DNA of 63,670 nucleotides, filler included, from Octopus bimaculoides (lineage: Eukaryota): assembly GCF_001194135.2 (NCBI RefSeq). It is 9 parts of 8 records of this genome, joined end to end, with 100 filler letters (N's around TTAATTAATTAA, not from the genome) between each part and the next. Parts side by side here need not be neighbours in the genome. Positions count along the whole stretch, not along the records: positions 29,591 to 41,431 come from NC_068982.1; positions 41,532 to 43,598 come from NW_026300997.1; positions 43,699 to 50,507 come from NC_068997.1; positions 50,608 to 54,730 come from NC_068988.1; 5 more parts are not named here. The stretch is one strand, 5' to 3'. The notes under the pieces were generated by a model that was not told the origin of the DNA, searched no databases, and saw only the letters and a program-made list of their open reading frames with translations. Made by a program: the position numbers and the translations under genes. Shown here piece by piece: positions 39,970 through 52,990 of the stretch. How positions within the stretch are numbered: position 1 is the first letter of the stretch; the number at the start of each line of letters is the position of its first letter.

Positions 39970-40215
39970 ATGAGATGTAGTTAACCCAGACAAATTCACA
40001 TTTGAAACTTGAGAAAAGTCTTGCATATTTTTATTGTTCCACTCACAGATTGCACTTGTAATGTACGAATCATCTGGTCGATTTGTCTTTCTGAAAATCC
40101 CAGTTTATCCAGATTCTCCTTTAAGTACTTACTAACAAAACCTAGTGCTCCAGTTATTATTGGTATGAAGCTGGAGGTTTCGAAGCAGTTGTCCATAGAT
40201 GTCCTTTTCTTTGAC
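39970..40215 (-). mobile_element. REL-endonuclease non-LTR element 3' fragment within (TATG)n
   Basis: FIPIITGALGFVSKYLKENLDKLGFSERQIDQMIRTLQVQSVSGTIKICKTFLKFQM*, short UTR, TATG repeats on both flanks. Confidence 0.78.
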
Positions 40216-40869
40216 GTATGTATGTATGCATGTATGCATGAGAGAAAGAAAGAGAGAAAGAAAGAAAGAGAGAAACAAAGAAAGAGAGAAACAAAGAAAG
40301 AGAGAAACAAAGAAAGAGAGAATGTCTTAGCTGGTACTAACGATGTTTCTGTTGCCATCAGAAGCCATCAGTAGACCCTCAACCTACAAGAAATGGCAGC
40401 CACATTGTTATTAAACCACATTTTACTGTCTTGTGTGTGTTTTTAGTAGGTTAGTGAGAGTGAGTAGGATGCTGTGCCTGGTGCTTGATAGGGTGGTAGT
40501 TCCCTGTCCGTAGAATGGAGCCCAGTTTTGTCTCAGAAGAGGATGTGCGGTGTTAAACAGGGGGACATTCTACAACAGGAATTTTTTCCTTTCTTCCTCC
40601 TCCTCTACATCCCCCCCTCCAACTCCCGTGATTTTTGTTACCCCAAGACAAGGACATGTGACCAGCGGACCACGGAGCTGTGAAGTGAACTTCTTAACCA
40701 AGCAGCAATACACCAGCTCATGTATACAAACAGATGGGATGGTCATGACTGGAATGTGCGATTTATAAATAAAATCTGATACAGGTCTTGACAGCAGGAT
40801 AAGACATGATACTAAAGACTGTAAACACGTGTGTGTGTGTGTGTGATAGAGAGACAGATAGACAGACAG

Positions 40870-40910
<41 letters not shown>

Positions 40911-41125
40911 CACCAACTAATAAATATGATTGCTTTAAACATTCTTCATCTTATTCCCCAGGTTGTTGACATCTGGGATGGGTGGATGTGTGTGTGTATG
41001 CATGTGTGTCAGAGACAAATAAATTATTTCTGACATTCTTTGCTCAATAACAAGTTGTTGACACCTGTGGTGTGTTTGTGTGTGTGTGCGTGTGCGTGTG
41101 TGTATGTGTGTGCGTGTGTGTGTGT

Positions 41126-41260
41126 GAAGAGCACGTGGCCTAGTGGTTAAGGTACTGCACTCACGATTGTTAGATCATTGGTTTAATTACCAGATCGGGC
41201 AGCATGTTATCTCCTTGAGCAAATCACTTCATTTCATGCTGCTCTGCAATCACTCTGACA
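41126..41260 (+). mobile_element. tRNA/CORE-like SINE family D, 5' part
   Basis: GTGGCCTAGTGGTTAAGG A-box head and CTTGAGCAAATCACTTCATTTCATGCTGCTC CORE-like block. Confidence 0.7.
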
Positions 41261-41531
41261 TCTGAATGAGTGGCACACTTGTACACCTTTTCAAGCAATG
41301 TCGCTATGACGGAGAGAGTGAGCACAGCACAAACATCGGATCACAAATCATTTGTTGCGGATCATCCAGGAGAAGAAACTCAACACTTATATGTCATCAT
41401 CGATGGGAAATTTCATCATACTTATATATATNNNNNNNNNNNNNNNNNNNNNNNNNNNNNNNNNNNNNNNNNNNNTTAATTAATTAANNNNNNNNNNNNN
41501 NNNNNNNNNNNNNNNNNNNNNNNNNNNNNNN

Positions 41532-41690
41532 TGGCGCACAATACAGTGGATATCGGCATGAGTCCGAAATTCCTTGCTGGATGGAGTGAGGAGGATGAAG
41601 CGCAAACATCTACTGAGGAGTGAGTGCTCCGCCTCAGAGAGGGGAAGATCTGGAGGAATGGTAACAACAGACTGAAGTGGAGAAGGAGTC
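41532..41690 (-). mobile_element. Penelope-like RT N-terminal relic
   Basis: VVTIPPDLPLSEAEHSLLSRCLRFILL resembles the PLE N-terminal 'L(S/T)xxExSxLSKGLxF' motif. Confidence 0.6.
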
Positions 41691-42002
41691 TTCGTCTTTT
41701 GTTTTTTTGTTTTTTTGTGAATTCTCCNNNNNNNNNNNNNNNNNNNNNNNNNNNNNNNNNNNNNNNNNNNNNNNNNNNNNNNNNNNNNNNNNNNNNNNNN
41801 NNNNNNNNNNNNNNNNNNNNNNNNNNNNNNNNNNNNNNNNNNNNNNNNNNNNNNNNNNNNNNNNNNNNNNNNNNNNNNNNNNNNNNGACACAAGAAAGTC
41901 CAATAGAAAAACAAGGAGGAAAAGAATCGCCAACAGTCCACGTATAGTGTTTGTGTATATATTTGTGTGTGCGTGTGTGTGTGCGTGTGTGTGGGTGTGT
42001 GC

Positions 42003-42059
<57 letters not shown>

Positions 42060-43698
42060 TCTTTGTTTCCACCATCGCATTATGACCGATACTGCTTAGT
42101 TTACATCACTGTAACTTAAAGTTTCGGTAAAAGGGAACGGTAGAATGATTGCTTTTAAAACTCTCAACGGAATCGATTCATTCGACTAGATTTTGTAAGG
42201 CAGTGCTCCAACATGACCGCAATCAAGTGATTAAAACGCGTAAAATGTAAAAAAAAATATTGTATACAAATCGATTGGACATAGCAACAAATATCCTTCA
42301 AAGAATACCTTTACGTCTTGCAAACGAAGGGCGCTTTTCATAATGTGATCCTGGGAACACAGAGCTTAAGGTAGTAGAAGGAATGTCCCTATTTTAACGT
42401 TTATTCGAAGATATCTGTTCTGATCATAGGTCTGCTTTCGGTCAAATGTACCCAAACTGTGAGCATTCAACAACAATAACAGCAGCAGCAGGAAAAACTT
42501 TGAATATCAGGAATTTCCTACTTACCGCTAGAAGAAAACAAGGGGTAAGATGACCAATGATGAATAGTAACGTAAAAAAAAAACAAAAAAAAACATTTCT
42601 AAACCTTGGATGGAATGTCCTTAGAAAATATGATCAAAGAGACTCCTAGAGCTCTGCTGTTGTTCTGTGTCGGTAAGATTTATGTAGTAAAACCGATCAA
42701 AAACGTACAGTGAACTTCCTATGGGGAGTGGAAAATCCAAAATTTCAGACAGTCTTTTTCAGAGGAAAGGTTAAAAGGAGAGAAATAAAGAGAGACAGAA
42801 GTGTTTTACATTCTCTATATTTTAAAAGGAACTGCCTTTACTTTTTCTTTAACACAGACAATGTAAAAATTAGCTGCTTCTCATTTATTTCTCTCCTTTC
42901 AAATTTTCTCAAGAAGAAGCAATAATTCCGAAACGTTGGACTTCCTGCTCCTTAAGGCAAGTTCGCTTTACTCTTTCTGTCTCTTATACGCTTCATAAAG
43001 ACAGTTAATATGGGAGGCGAGGAGAAAGTAAATGTACACAAAACAGTAAAAGAAGTATTTGGCAGTCGTTAAATGCGCTAGTAATAACAGCTGAATCTCT
43101 CTCAAACCACATTCATTACCATCATCATTATTAAAGTTTGCGTCGTCGTCATCATAATCATGACAACAACAAAAACTTCACCATCACCATCATCATCGTC
43201 GTCATCATCAGCAATACAATTCGAAGCACTACAAACATCAGATGCAGTAACATCACCATCGTGTTGATGTAGGTATATTTTTCCCATCATTGTCGTAATT
43301 TGTTCTTGGTATTACCTGTCTGGTTGTTATTGTCAACGTTAGAATACACACAAACACACACACACACACTCTCAGAGTCACACACATGTGTATGCACATA
43401 TATATATTTGTATACATATATGTATGGGGCGTGTATGTGTGTGTGGTGGGGTGACATACGGCGGTTAAAAACTACAAGACTTTCAATAAAAAATAATACA
43501 TTAAATCTGTAATGATAGAAACATAATCGCCATTAATTTCAAAGGCAACTGTATCTTCCTTTTATCTCTCTCTCTATCTCTCTCTCTCTCGCTCCATANN
43601 NNNNNNNNNNNNNNNNNNNNNNNNNNNNNNNNNNNNNNNNNNTTAATTAATTAANNNNNNNNNNNNNNNNNNNNNNNNNNNNNNNNNNNNNNNNNNNN

Positions 43699-43897
43699 TT
43701 CCCCTTCCCAGGCTACAGGCCCACACCCCCAACACCCATACTGTTAGGATTGGCACTCTCAACGTCGGCACGCTGAAAGGTAGATCTGGTGAAATTGTTG
43801 AGATGCTTGAACGGAGATGCGTAGATATGTGCTGCATCCAGGAAGTAAGATGGAGAGGAGGTTCTGCAAGGTTCCTCACAGGCAAAGAACACAGGTA
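43699..43897 (+). mobile_element. RTE LINE APE endonuclease N-terminus, intact frame
   Basis: TVRIGTLNVGTLKGRSGEIVEMLERRCVDMCCIQEVRWRGGSARFLTGKEHRY. Confidence 0.9.
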
Positions 43898-44231
43898 CAT
43901 ATATATATATACACACACACGAGCAAGCAGATAAATGCAAAACAAGGTGGAAAAAAATAGTACTCAAATACCAAAGGTAGAGTAATATGCTTTTATTAAA
44001 GCCAAAAAATGTTCGCAAGCTGTTTCATATTACCATTCGTCGGACAGTTGTGATCGTAGTATGAAAGATATTTAGCAACTTCCCTTAGTTATTTACTCAT
44101 TGTCCTCTATGGCTCACTTTTTCTCACTTCATTGAGGTGATCAGAGATGTCTTGCTGCCCTATGTGCAGGCTAACATTTTGGGAGAAAATGAGACTAAGA
44201 TTAAAGACAATGTTTGAAGCTCTTCCTAGTG

Positions 44232-44531
44232 CAGTAGTTTCTTAACTAGGGTTCATATAAATTTTTTTGTGTTCCTCACAACAAAATGATACATTGGGGA
44301 TCCACAGTAGTAATTTGCTTTAGATGTATGTATTGGTATGTATTGCAAGAAACAGCTTGGTTACGTTCTCTACTGTTTTACATAGTTCACCCTACACAAG
44401 TTAATGTGTGAAAAACAAAATAGGAATTTCGAGAAAAGTTTCTATAAAACTAATTTTTTAACATTGAATGGCTATGGGGGCCCACCAGAATAAAATAGTA
44501 ATTAAAAGGGTCCATAGATAAAAAATGGTTG
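44232..44531. mobile_element. hAT-like MITE, degenerate
   Basis: Starts CAGTAGTTTCTTAAC; ends ...GGTCCATAGATAAAAAATGGTTG with a truncated TIR. Confidence 0.5.
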
Positions 44532-44879
44532 GTGTTCACTTCTTGATATAAAGATAAAAATAATAGACAACTCTCAGGCTGGAAGTGTATAACTATAAAG
44601 GTATAACTAAGAATGTTGTTTCCAAAATGTACTTTCAGTATTGCCAATGTGAATCTTACATCACCTTCAAAATCAAGTGCTTTGGAAAAAAATGCATAAT
44701 CTCCAAAGAAATTATGTATTTATTTCATAGTTCTCTATTCCCTTCTGTTAATCTTATGATTTTCAGAATAACCATGAAATTTCCATGGCTACTGCTTGTT
44801 ATGATCTTCCATACTTTTCATTTGTATGGTTCATGTCCACTTTCAGTACCTGGTCATAGCATATAGGCCCTACTCTATT

Positions 44880-45176
44880 GGCACACTGTTAATTCCAACA
44901 ACAAGAGTTCCTGCTGATCCAGTTAATGGAATGGCCTGCTTGTGACTGGGCACTCCACAAACATGTGTACCTTTAACATAGTTCTCAGGGAGATTTAGCA
45001 TGATACAGAATGTGACAAGGCTTTCCCTTTGAAATACATGTACAACTCATTTTTGCCAGCTGAGTGGACTGGAGCGATGTGAAATGAAGTGTCTTGCTCA
45101 AGGACACAATGTGCTGCCAGGTATCAAAGTCACGACCTTGCAATCATGAACCAAATTTCCTAACCACTAAGCCACG
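44880..45176 (-). mobile_element. SINE with family-D head/CORE-like block and family-C-type 3' tail
   Basis: 45050-45176 matches 29170-29296, while 44890-45045 matches the 26476-26660 / 53725-53910 segment. Confidence 0.75.
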
Positions 45177-45229
45177 CCCCCCTTCACACACATGTCCTAC
45201 TACAACTATATGTGTGTCTATGTATTAAC

Positions 45230-45350
45230 TTTTACAAGGAAAAGATCGGCAGTGACTTCGAAGTTTTAGCTTGCTCACCTTCAGCAGACTGTCGAATGAA
45301 GTCAAGCAAGCCAGAACTTCAGAGTCACTATCAACCTATTCTTTGTAAAA
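45230..45350. repeat. Short foldback with decayed hammerhead-like arms
   Basis: Arms 45230-45283 and 45297-45350. The minus strand reads CAGT..CTGAAGG-TGAGC-AA-GCT-AAAAC-TTCGAA-GTC-ACTG. Confidence 0.65.
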
Positions 45351-45501
45351 ATTTAATGTGTTCTCTATGAAAAAAGTATTGAGTAATCCTTTGCTGGATC
45401 CTGTCAAAGCATTCAACCTATGCCAACACGGCAAACAGACCTTAAATGATGATGATGATTATAACTTGATATAAAAACAAACATTAATATATATGTGCAT
45501 G

Positions 45502-45535
<34 letters not shown>

Positions 45536-46689
45536 CTTGCCACTTTGTATCAGGCACTTAGTATTTATTTGCTTATTTATATACTTATTATTCAAATTTT
45601 CTTAATCTCTCATGCATGAATGTTATTGTGATTATAGAGCCATAAATTTGCATATTCTTTGAAGTTGACAAGTCATATCCATATCATTAATGTTATTGTT
45701 GTTTTTATTGTTATCATTATTATCATCATCCTCTCCATGGAAGAAATAGTTGAATATATTATTGATTGAGTATTTATCCACCAGTGAAATCATCAGTGTT
45801 CAGCTTGGCTACATGAATGAATGAATGAATGAACGAACAAACAAGCAAATGAATGAATGAATGAATACATCATAAGACAAAGTATATTATTAGCATGGAG
45901 CTTTGTTGAACGCTGTGTTTACTATAATTTGGAGAAAGAGAAAATGATTTTTAAATGGCATAGTACCAAGAGAAAAGGTAGCTCCTGTGACACTTTTCAG
46001 GGGCCTCTTGACTGATAAGAGGGACTGAAGTTGTCCCTCAGTCTAAAGACTTGTCCTTTGCGATCATAACAGATTGAACTTAATTAAAGGGGAGGTGGTG
46101 GTGTTAAGAGACAAATTACATTCAACACCCAAGAACAGGAATGATCCTTTTTGGTGGGCCTCAACACAGTTTCCACCCGCCTAGTTTCTTTCACAAGGGT
46201 TTAGTCAGTGCAGATCTGTATTTGAAACTTGTCTAAAATTTCATGCTATGAAATCGAACCCACATCTCATGCAGTTGCAAAGCCTATTTCCTAACTACGC
46301 TACTATGTCTGCACCTATTTAAAGATTGCTTGGCTGTTTGCTGTTCTTTGCTTCCTCTTACAGAAATAGCAACTGATATAGGTTAAGACAGACAGGAGAC
46401 AAATTCAGGTGTGAAGATAGAGGTGGGGGTGGGGTGGGGGGTTAAATGATTGTTAGAAATAATGGTGGAGGTGGTTGCTGTGGTTTAGAGCAGACCTAGC
46501 TATGATCAGAAACATTCCAGTCATGACCAACCATCCTGTCTTTTGAATAAGCACAGGGAACTAGGAATAATTTCATGAAATAAGAGAGTGTCATTTGATT
46601 GAGGTTTGGCTGCTATTTATAGCAGATCAAGTAGGGAATAGGGGCTCTCTTATTGGCTTGCAGGTTTGATGTTGGGGAACAACACACAA

Positions 46690-46865
46690 ACATATACACT
46701 CACATACATATATACGATGGGCTTCTTTCAGTTTCCATCTATCAAATCCATGCACAAAGCTTTGCTCAGCTTGAGACTATAGTAGAAGACACTTGCCCAA
46801 GGTCCCACACAGTAGAACTGAACTCAGAACTATGTGGTTGGAAAGCAAACATCTTACCACACACT
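46690..46865 (-). mobile_element. SINE family B, 5' half
   Basis: CGATGGGCTTCTTTCAGTTTCCATCT...ACACTTGCCCAAGG...GTGGTTGGAAAGCAAACATCTTACCACAC. Confidence 0.8.
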
Positions 46866-47807
46866 TAAAATATAAAATAAACTATGAAAAGTAAAGCACT
46901 AAATTGTATTTAACATATTCAAATTAATACACTTCTAAAGCAGGGTCTACTTGATATTTATTAACCCACTTCAAATTCTTCAAATATATATTATATAATA
47001 CCATGTATACAGTATAATGTTTATAGATTGGAATGTAAACAAAGAAGAATTTAACAGATATAGGTGCCATTAATACACTTCTACTGTAGAGTATGTTTAA
47101 TCTTTTTAATCCATTAAAAAAAATTGAAGAACAAAACTATCTTTAACAAACCATATGTAAATTAACTAACCAGCTGTAGCTATCCCTTGAAATTCAAAAG
47201 TATCTAATTTCAAAAACAGCTGGTTTTTTGGTAATTACAGATTTCTGGAAGTCAGATAAGAAGTCTGGTACTGTGTTATGTCCTTGAGCCATAGGACTGG
47301 TAGGCCCGTGGCGAGACAATTGATGTAGGCTGTTGGGGGTCGGGGGGGGGCATTCACTTTGCAAGGCTCTGACTGGGCTTGTAGTTATAAGTGCATCAAA
47401 GAGGAGGGCCATAAATTCAATCACTTGAAGCTGCAGAGAAGGCCATGGTGGGGTATTGGATACAGAGGGCAAACCACTAGTTTGCTACAATTGAGGTGCA
47501 AGCTGGGACTTGATCAACCAAGGTTGCATCAACTAGGTGAAGTGGAGCCTGATGTTGAAAGACCTGAAACCCATATATGTATATGTATATCACATAATCA
47601 CATGACTGACCAGATTGTCAGATGTTACATATTGCTGGACACAAAGCCTTCAAATGATGTCACCCTACTGGAGCAGGCCCACATGTTCCCATGATTGGGA
47701 ACTGGAGCCACGTGAAATTGTTTTGCTCCAAAAACACAATGCACCACCTAATCTGGGATTTGAACCCATAATGAGTGCAACACACTATGCACTAGGCCGC
47801 GTGCCTT

Positions 47808-47838
<31 letters not shown>

Positions 47839-48607
47839 NNNNNNNNNNNNNNNNNNNNNNNNNNNNNNNNNNNNNNNNNNNNNNNNNNNNNNNNNNNNNN
47901 NNNNNNNNNNNNNNNNNNNNNNNNNNNNNNNNNNNNNNNNNNNNNNNNNNNNNNNNNNNNNNNNNNNNNNNNNNNNNNNNNNNNNNNNNNNNNNNNNNNN
48001 NNNNNNNNNNNNNNNNNNNNNNNNNNNNNNNNNNNNNNNNNNNNNNNNNNNNNNNNNNNNNNNNNNNNNNNNNNNNNNNNNNNNNNNNNNNNNNNNNNNN
48101 NNNNNNNNNNNNNNNNNNNNNNNNNNNNNNNNNNNNNNNNNNNNNNNNNNNNNNNNNNNNNNNNNNNNNNNNNNNNNNNNNNNNNNNNNNNNNNNNNNNN
48201 NNNNNNNNNNNNNNNNNNNNNNNNNNNNNNNNNNNNNNNNNNNNNNNNNNNNNNNNNNNNNNNNNNNNNNNNNNNNNNNNNNNNNNNNNNNNNNNNNNNN
48301 NNNNNNNNNNNNNNNNNNNNNNNNNNNNNNNNNNNNNNNNNNNNNNNNNNNNNNNNNNNNNNNNNNNNNNNNNNNNNNNNNNNNNNNNNNNNNNNNNNNN
48401 NNNNNNNNNNNNNNNNNNNNCATGCGTTTTCTCCAATCCTTAAATTTTTAAATATACTCAAATACCCAAAATTTCAAGGAGTTCCTGCCTTAAAAACAGG
48501 AACTACACCACAGTTATTTTGTGTTCTTTGCTACATTGGTTTCTATTAACCCATTTATTCTATCCGAAGAATTTTTTATTCATTAAGATAGAAGAAATAC
48601 ATATAAT

Positions 48608-48646
<39 letters not shown>

Positions 48647-49611
48647 TATGTAATTTTTTCTTAGTTAACATATAAATCTAATATGTCTCTCAAGCAGACA
48701 CATCATAATTAGTCTTAACAAGCTGTTGCTGTGGAAACACAGCTAATTAACAATTAATATCAATGAGGAGTAATTAGGAGAGAATTCACTGTATGAACTC
48801 TATGACATTATTTCACGTGTGCTTGTGTACAACTCTGTGTGTGTATGTATAAGTATACATCTGTATGTATTGTTGTTTATGTATCTGTGTGTATGCGTAT
48901 CTCTTTATTTGTCTGTTTTGATGTTTGTGTCTGTCTGTCTGTCTGAGTGTTTGTGTGTGTATATATATATATATCATCATCATCATTTAACGTCTGCTTT
49001 CCATGCTAGCATGGGTTGGACGATTTGACTCAGGACTGGCTAACCAGATGGCTACACCAGGCTCCAATCTGATTTTGATCCAGCCAAAGTATTCTACCTG
49101 TTCTATGTTCTAACTGGCCAGATCTGGCCTCTCGCACTGCCCTGCAATGTCATTTTACAAATAAGTTATCACATCATAAAAATCTCAAAGTTATACGGCA
49201 ATGTATGATTAATTCAAAATAATGTGAATAAACAAGCATTACACTTGATAGAATAACCTGAATGCTAATGGGGTTAATCAATTTCTACGAAATTTTTCTG
49301 ATTTTTTTTTTACCTATTTTTACCTATTTAAATGAAGGTGTAGCCATCCCTGAGTTATCCAAAATGGCAGTGTCTATGTAAATATATATTTCCTTGACTG
49401 TATTCTTCTGAAGGTAGGGCCTTTGCACTTGAAATATAAAGAATTTCAAAACTTTCTGCATTGTTCGAAGCTCTCCTTATTTCTCATTTCTTTCATTTTT
49501 CTACTTCTGTTACTACAGTGCTTCAAGTGAACTACAACTATTTTCAGTTTTTTCTATATATTCTGGTATTCAAAAATGTAGGAATATGATTTTTTTTTTT
49601 TTGTGTTTGTG

Positions 49612-50030
49612 ATCATTATTATCATTTAGCATCTGTTTTCCATGCTGGCATGGGTTAAATGGTTTGACTGGAACTGGTAAGCCAGATTGCTGTACTAGGC
49701 TCCAGTTTGGTTTGGCTTGGTTTCCTAATACGAGCCACTCCAAGAGTGTAGTGGGTGCCTTTTACGTGTCACCAGCACTGACCACAACTACAATTTCACT
49801 TCGCTTGACATGTCTTCTCAAACACAGCAAGCTGCCAAAGGTCTCAATCGCTTGTCATTGCCTCCATGAGACTCAGCATCTGAAGATCATGCTTCACCAC
49901 TTTGACCCATATTTTCCTGGGTCTACCTCTTTGAAAGGTTCCTTCCACAGTTAGAGATTGACACTTCTTCACACAACTGTCCTCGTGTGTGTGTTGAATA
50001 AAATTAACCTTTTTGATATCAAACTGCCTG
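49612..50030 (-). mobile_element. RTE LINE 3' end
   Basis: Minus strand CVKKCQSLTVEGTFQRGRPRKIWVKVVKHDLQMLSL, then UTR and GAT tail. Confidence 0.85.
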
Positions 50031-50607
50031 AGACCACCCCAGGTGCAATAATGCAAACATCATGTTTTAAAGTGTTTAAAAGTAAAACCTTACCTTAAGG
50101 TTTCATGTTAATCTATGTTCCAAACATCACCTTAAGGTTCCATGTTAATCTATGTTCCAAACATCACCTTAATAATAATTATTTTAGTGAATTCTTCATT
50201 ATTTGCAAAATAAATTGAAACAAAGGCAATGTATTTCAACAGAATTATAACAAGAGAGAGGCTTAGGAGAGGAGAAATTAACATGTCATTGCCAAGAATG
50301 TGTGTCCCCACCTCATACATGGAGGAATCCAAAAACCAAGTATTCAGAGAGACAATATTGCTTAATAGCATGAGAGATAAACTGTTTGCAAATCAAGAAA
50401 GTAGTGATGGTATGGTGGGTGGGGATGGGGGATTTAGCATAATTAAATAAATAAAAGAAAAATAAGCAAGGAATGAGTATATATAGATATATATATATAT
50501 ATATATANNNNNNNNNNNNNNNNNNNNNNNNNNNNNNNNNNNNNNNNNNNNTTAATTAATTAANNNNNNNNNNNNNNNNNNNNNNNNNNNNNNNNNNNNN
50601 NNNNNNN

Positions 50608-50640
<33 letters not shown>

Positions 50641-51551
50641 ACCTACCAAGTATCGAAGTGCATCCCTTGACCAAGTTTGTATACATGAGGCTGATAACAT
50701 CACAAGACTTGGAAGGCAACTTCTTGAGCAACACTCTTTGTCTGATAACCTAGAATACATGTTCACATCAGACGAAAACGTGCAACTATGTTAATATATT
50801 TGTTGTAAATAATCTCTGGACCCTCTGGCAGGTGGAGAAAGGGGACTCGTTCTTCTTTAATACCCAACCCACATGCCGCGGCTCTTCGAACCTTGTGTGA
50901 TATTCCCAGCGGCCCCGTTTTCTAGCTCCCATCATCTTAATTTTAATTTCCATTGGTCGTAGTTTCACCTCTGGAAATTAAGGTAAGCCTACTTAACCGT
51001 AACTGTTTTTATGAATTTGGTTGATAGATATGTCTATCTTACAGTCAAACATTTTGATGCTTTTTCTTCGCTCACATTTTTTTTTTACTTTCTCTCACAC
51101 CACTAAAATTCTTGATATTTCTTTTGAATGGTAACGGTATCACATCACGGAATGAGAATTGGAGAAAATAATTCCAGTCAACTTCATAATGGAATAAAGA
51201 AAATGCAAATGAAAATGAAAGGTCATTTTGAATCAGATTCTCTCACAAATGTAAATAATCTAAATGGATTATAAAAAAGAAAATGTAGTAACATCTGGCA
51301 AAATTAATGAAAAGCATCTTAGCTTCGAGCTAACTAATGAAAATTTAACCCTCGTTCCGCAGTCTGCGCATGGCGGGATGAAAACTCTTATTGAACGATA
51401 GGCCTGTAGGGTAGATACATTTCGTGCCGTAGGATCTGTGATACGGGTTGAAGAATAGAGTCTAGACTGTTGAAGGGGATGTAATTGCTATTGCTATTAT
51501 TGTTGTTTATATATCACTGTTATTTTTGTAGTCAGTATTGTTATTACAACC

Positions 51552-51765
51552 AAGGCAGCGAACTGGCAGAATCGTTAGCATGCTGGATAAAATGCTTAGC
51601 GGCATTTCGTCAGTCTTCACGTTTTGAGTTCAAATTCCGCCGAGGTCGACTTTGCCTTTCATTCTTTCAGGGTCAATAAAAAAAGCGCCAGTCAAATTCT
51701 GGGGTCGATGTAATCGACTTAACCCCTTCCCCGAACTTGCTGGACTTGTGCCAAAATTCGAAACT
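51552..51765 (+). mobile_element. SINE family A
   Basis: AAGGCAGCGAACTGGCAGAATCGTTAGC...GGGGTCGATGTAATCGAC...GTGCCAAAATTCGAAAC. Confidence 0.9.
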
Positions 51766-51951
51766 GAAATTGTTATTACTACCACTATCATCACCATTCC
51801 TCAAACCACCACCATTAGTGGTAATGGTGAGAGTGGTGGGGTTAGAGATAATGGAAAACTACCCAATCAGCAAGATCAACATAGTTTCCAGCTTGGTATA
51901 AGGAAACTGACCATTGTCCGAAAAATGAATGACGAAGTAACACTGTAAATA

Positions 51952-52152
51952 TACAGGGTGCGCCAGAAAGGTTTCCCCAATTTCAAAGGTTAATTAAAAA
52001 CAAACACATGAAGGTACAAAAAAAAAAACGATGCTCTCCCCTCCACTACCTGAAACAAAAACAAAATGGCATTTAATGAACTTCATAGAAATACAAAGTT
52101 CGTTTTTTATTAACCTTTGAAATCGGGGCAAACCTTTCTTTTGCACCCTGTA
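51952..52152. mobile_element. Tc1/mariner MITE (~200 bp)
   Basis: TA-flanked TIRs TACAGGGTGC..AGAAAGGTTT.CCC.ATTTCAAAGGTTAAT on both strands. Confidence 0.9.
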
Positions 52153-52777
52153 GAACGGAATCGATTTAAGAAACTACTTGCATTCGCAAACTTCTGCAAC
52201 GACAGTTGCAGAACACAATACAGAATCATTAAGAAATGAAATTTCGCAAAGAATTAAAAACAACAGCGTTATATATTTCGGCGAATGTTAAGGAGTTTGA
52301 CAGAATAGTTAAAGGAAGATCTGGTAGCATGCTGTTCTGATGGAGTGAGTTCTATGTTTAGACGTAAATTTAGAGTTGTTACAAGATTACTTCAGAAATT
52401 TCCAGACATTATAATTTGGTATTGTTTGCGTCATCGACTACAGCTTGTTTTGGATGATTCTATAAATAAAATCAATGAAAAATGCTATTTCAAAATTCTT
52501 TTTTGACAAGACTCGTGCTATTGTTCATCAAACTAATACAAGTCAGCTGCAGCTCTTTAAAAAAATATTGCTGTAGAACTATATATTTAAACAATCAAAA
52601 TAGATTGTCTTTTGTTAACCATGGACTTTCTATATTCTCAAATCTACTAAAACTGTACCGAGGGCTTATCCTACTATTTATATAATTTTCTAGAAAGACG
52701 AGAAGTTTTCTAGTACGAAAGAAAAAAGCACGTGCAAAACAAAGCATTTACATATTTAGCATTAATGAAACGGCTTA

Positions 52778-52990
52778 AGGCGGTATTCTGGTAGAATTAT
52801 CATCACGCCGGACAAATTGCTTTGCGGCATTTCTTCCTCTTTTTAGGTCCTGAGTTCATATTCTGTTGAGGTCGATTCTGCTTTTCATACTTTCGGGGTT
52901 GATAAATTAAATACCAGTTAAATACTGAGGTCGAGGTAATCGACTCACCACTCCACTTAAAATTGTTGGCCTTGCTCCAAAATTTGAAGT
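52778..52990 (+). mobile_element. SINE family A, diverged
   Basis: Same head, core and tail order as the other copies. Confidence 0.8.

Noticed and set aside
50092-50172. 37-bp direct repeat (and the 16-bp repeat at 59177) as possible CRISPR-like arrays
   Set aside because: Contiguous tandem duplications with no spacers, inside eukaryotic transposon fragments.
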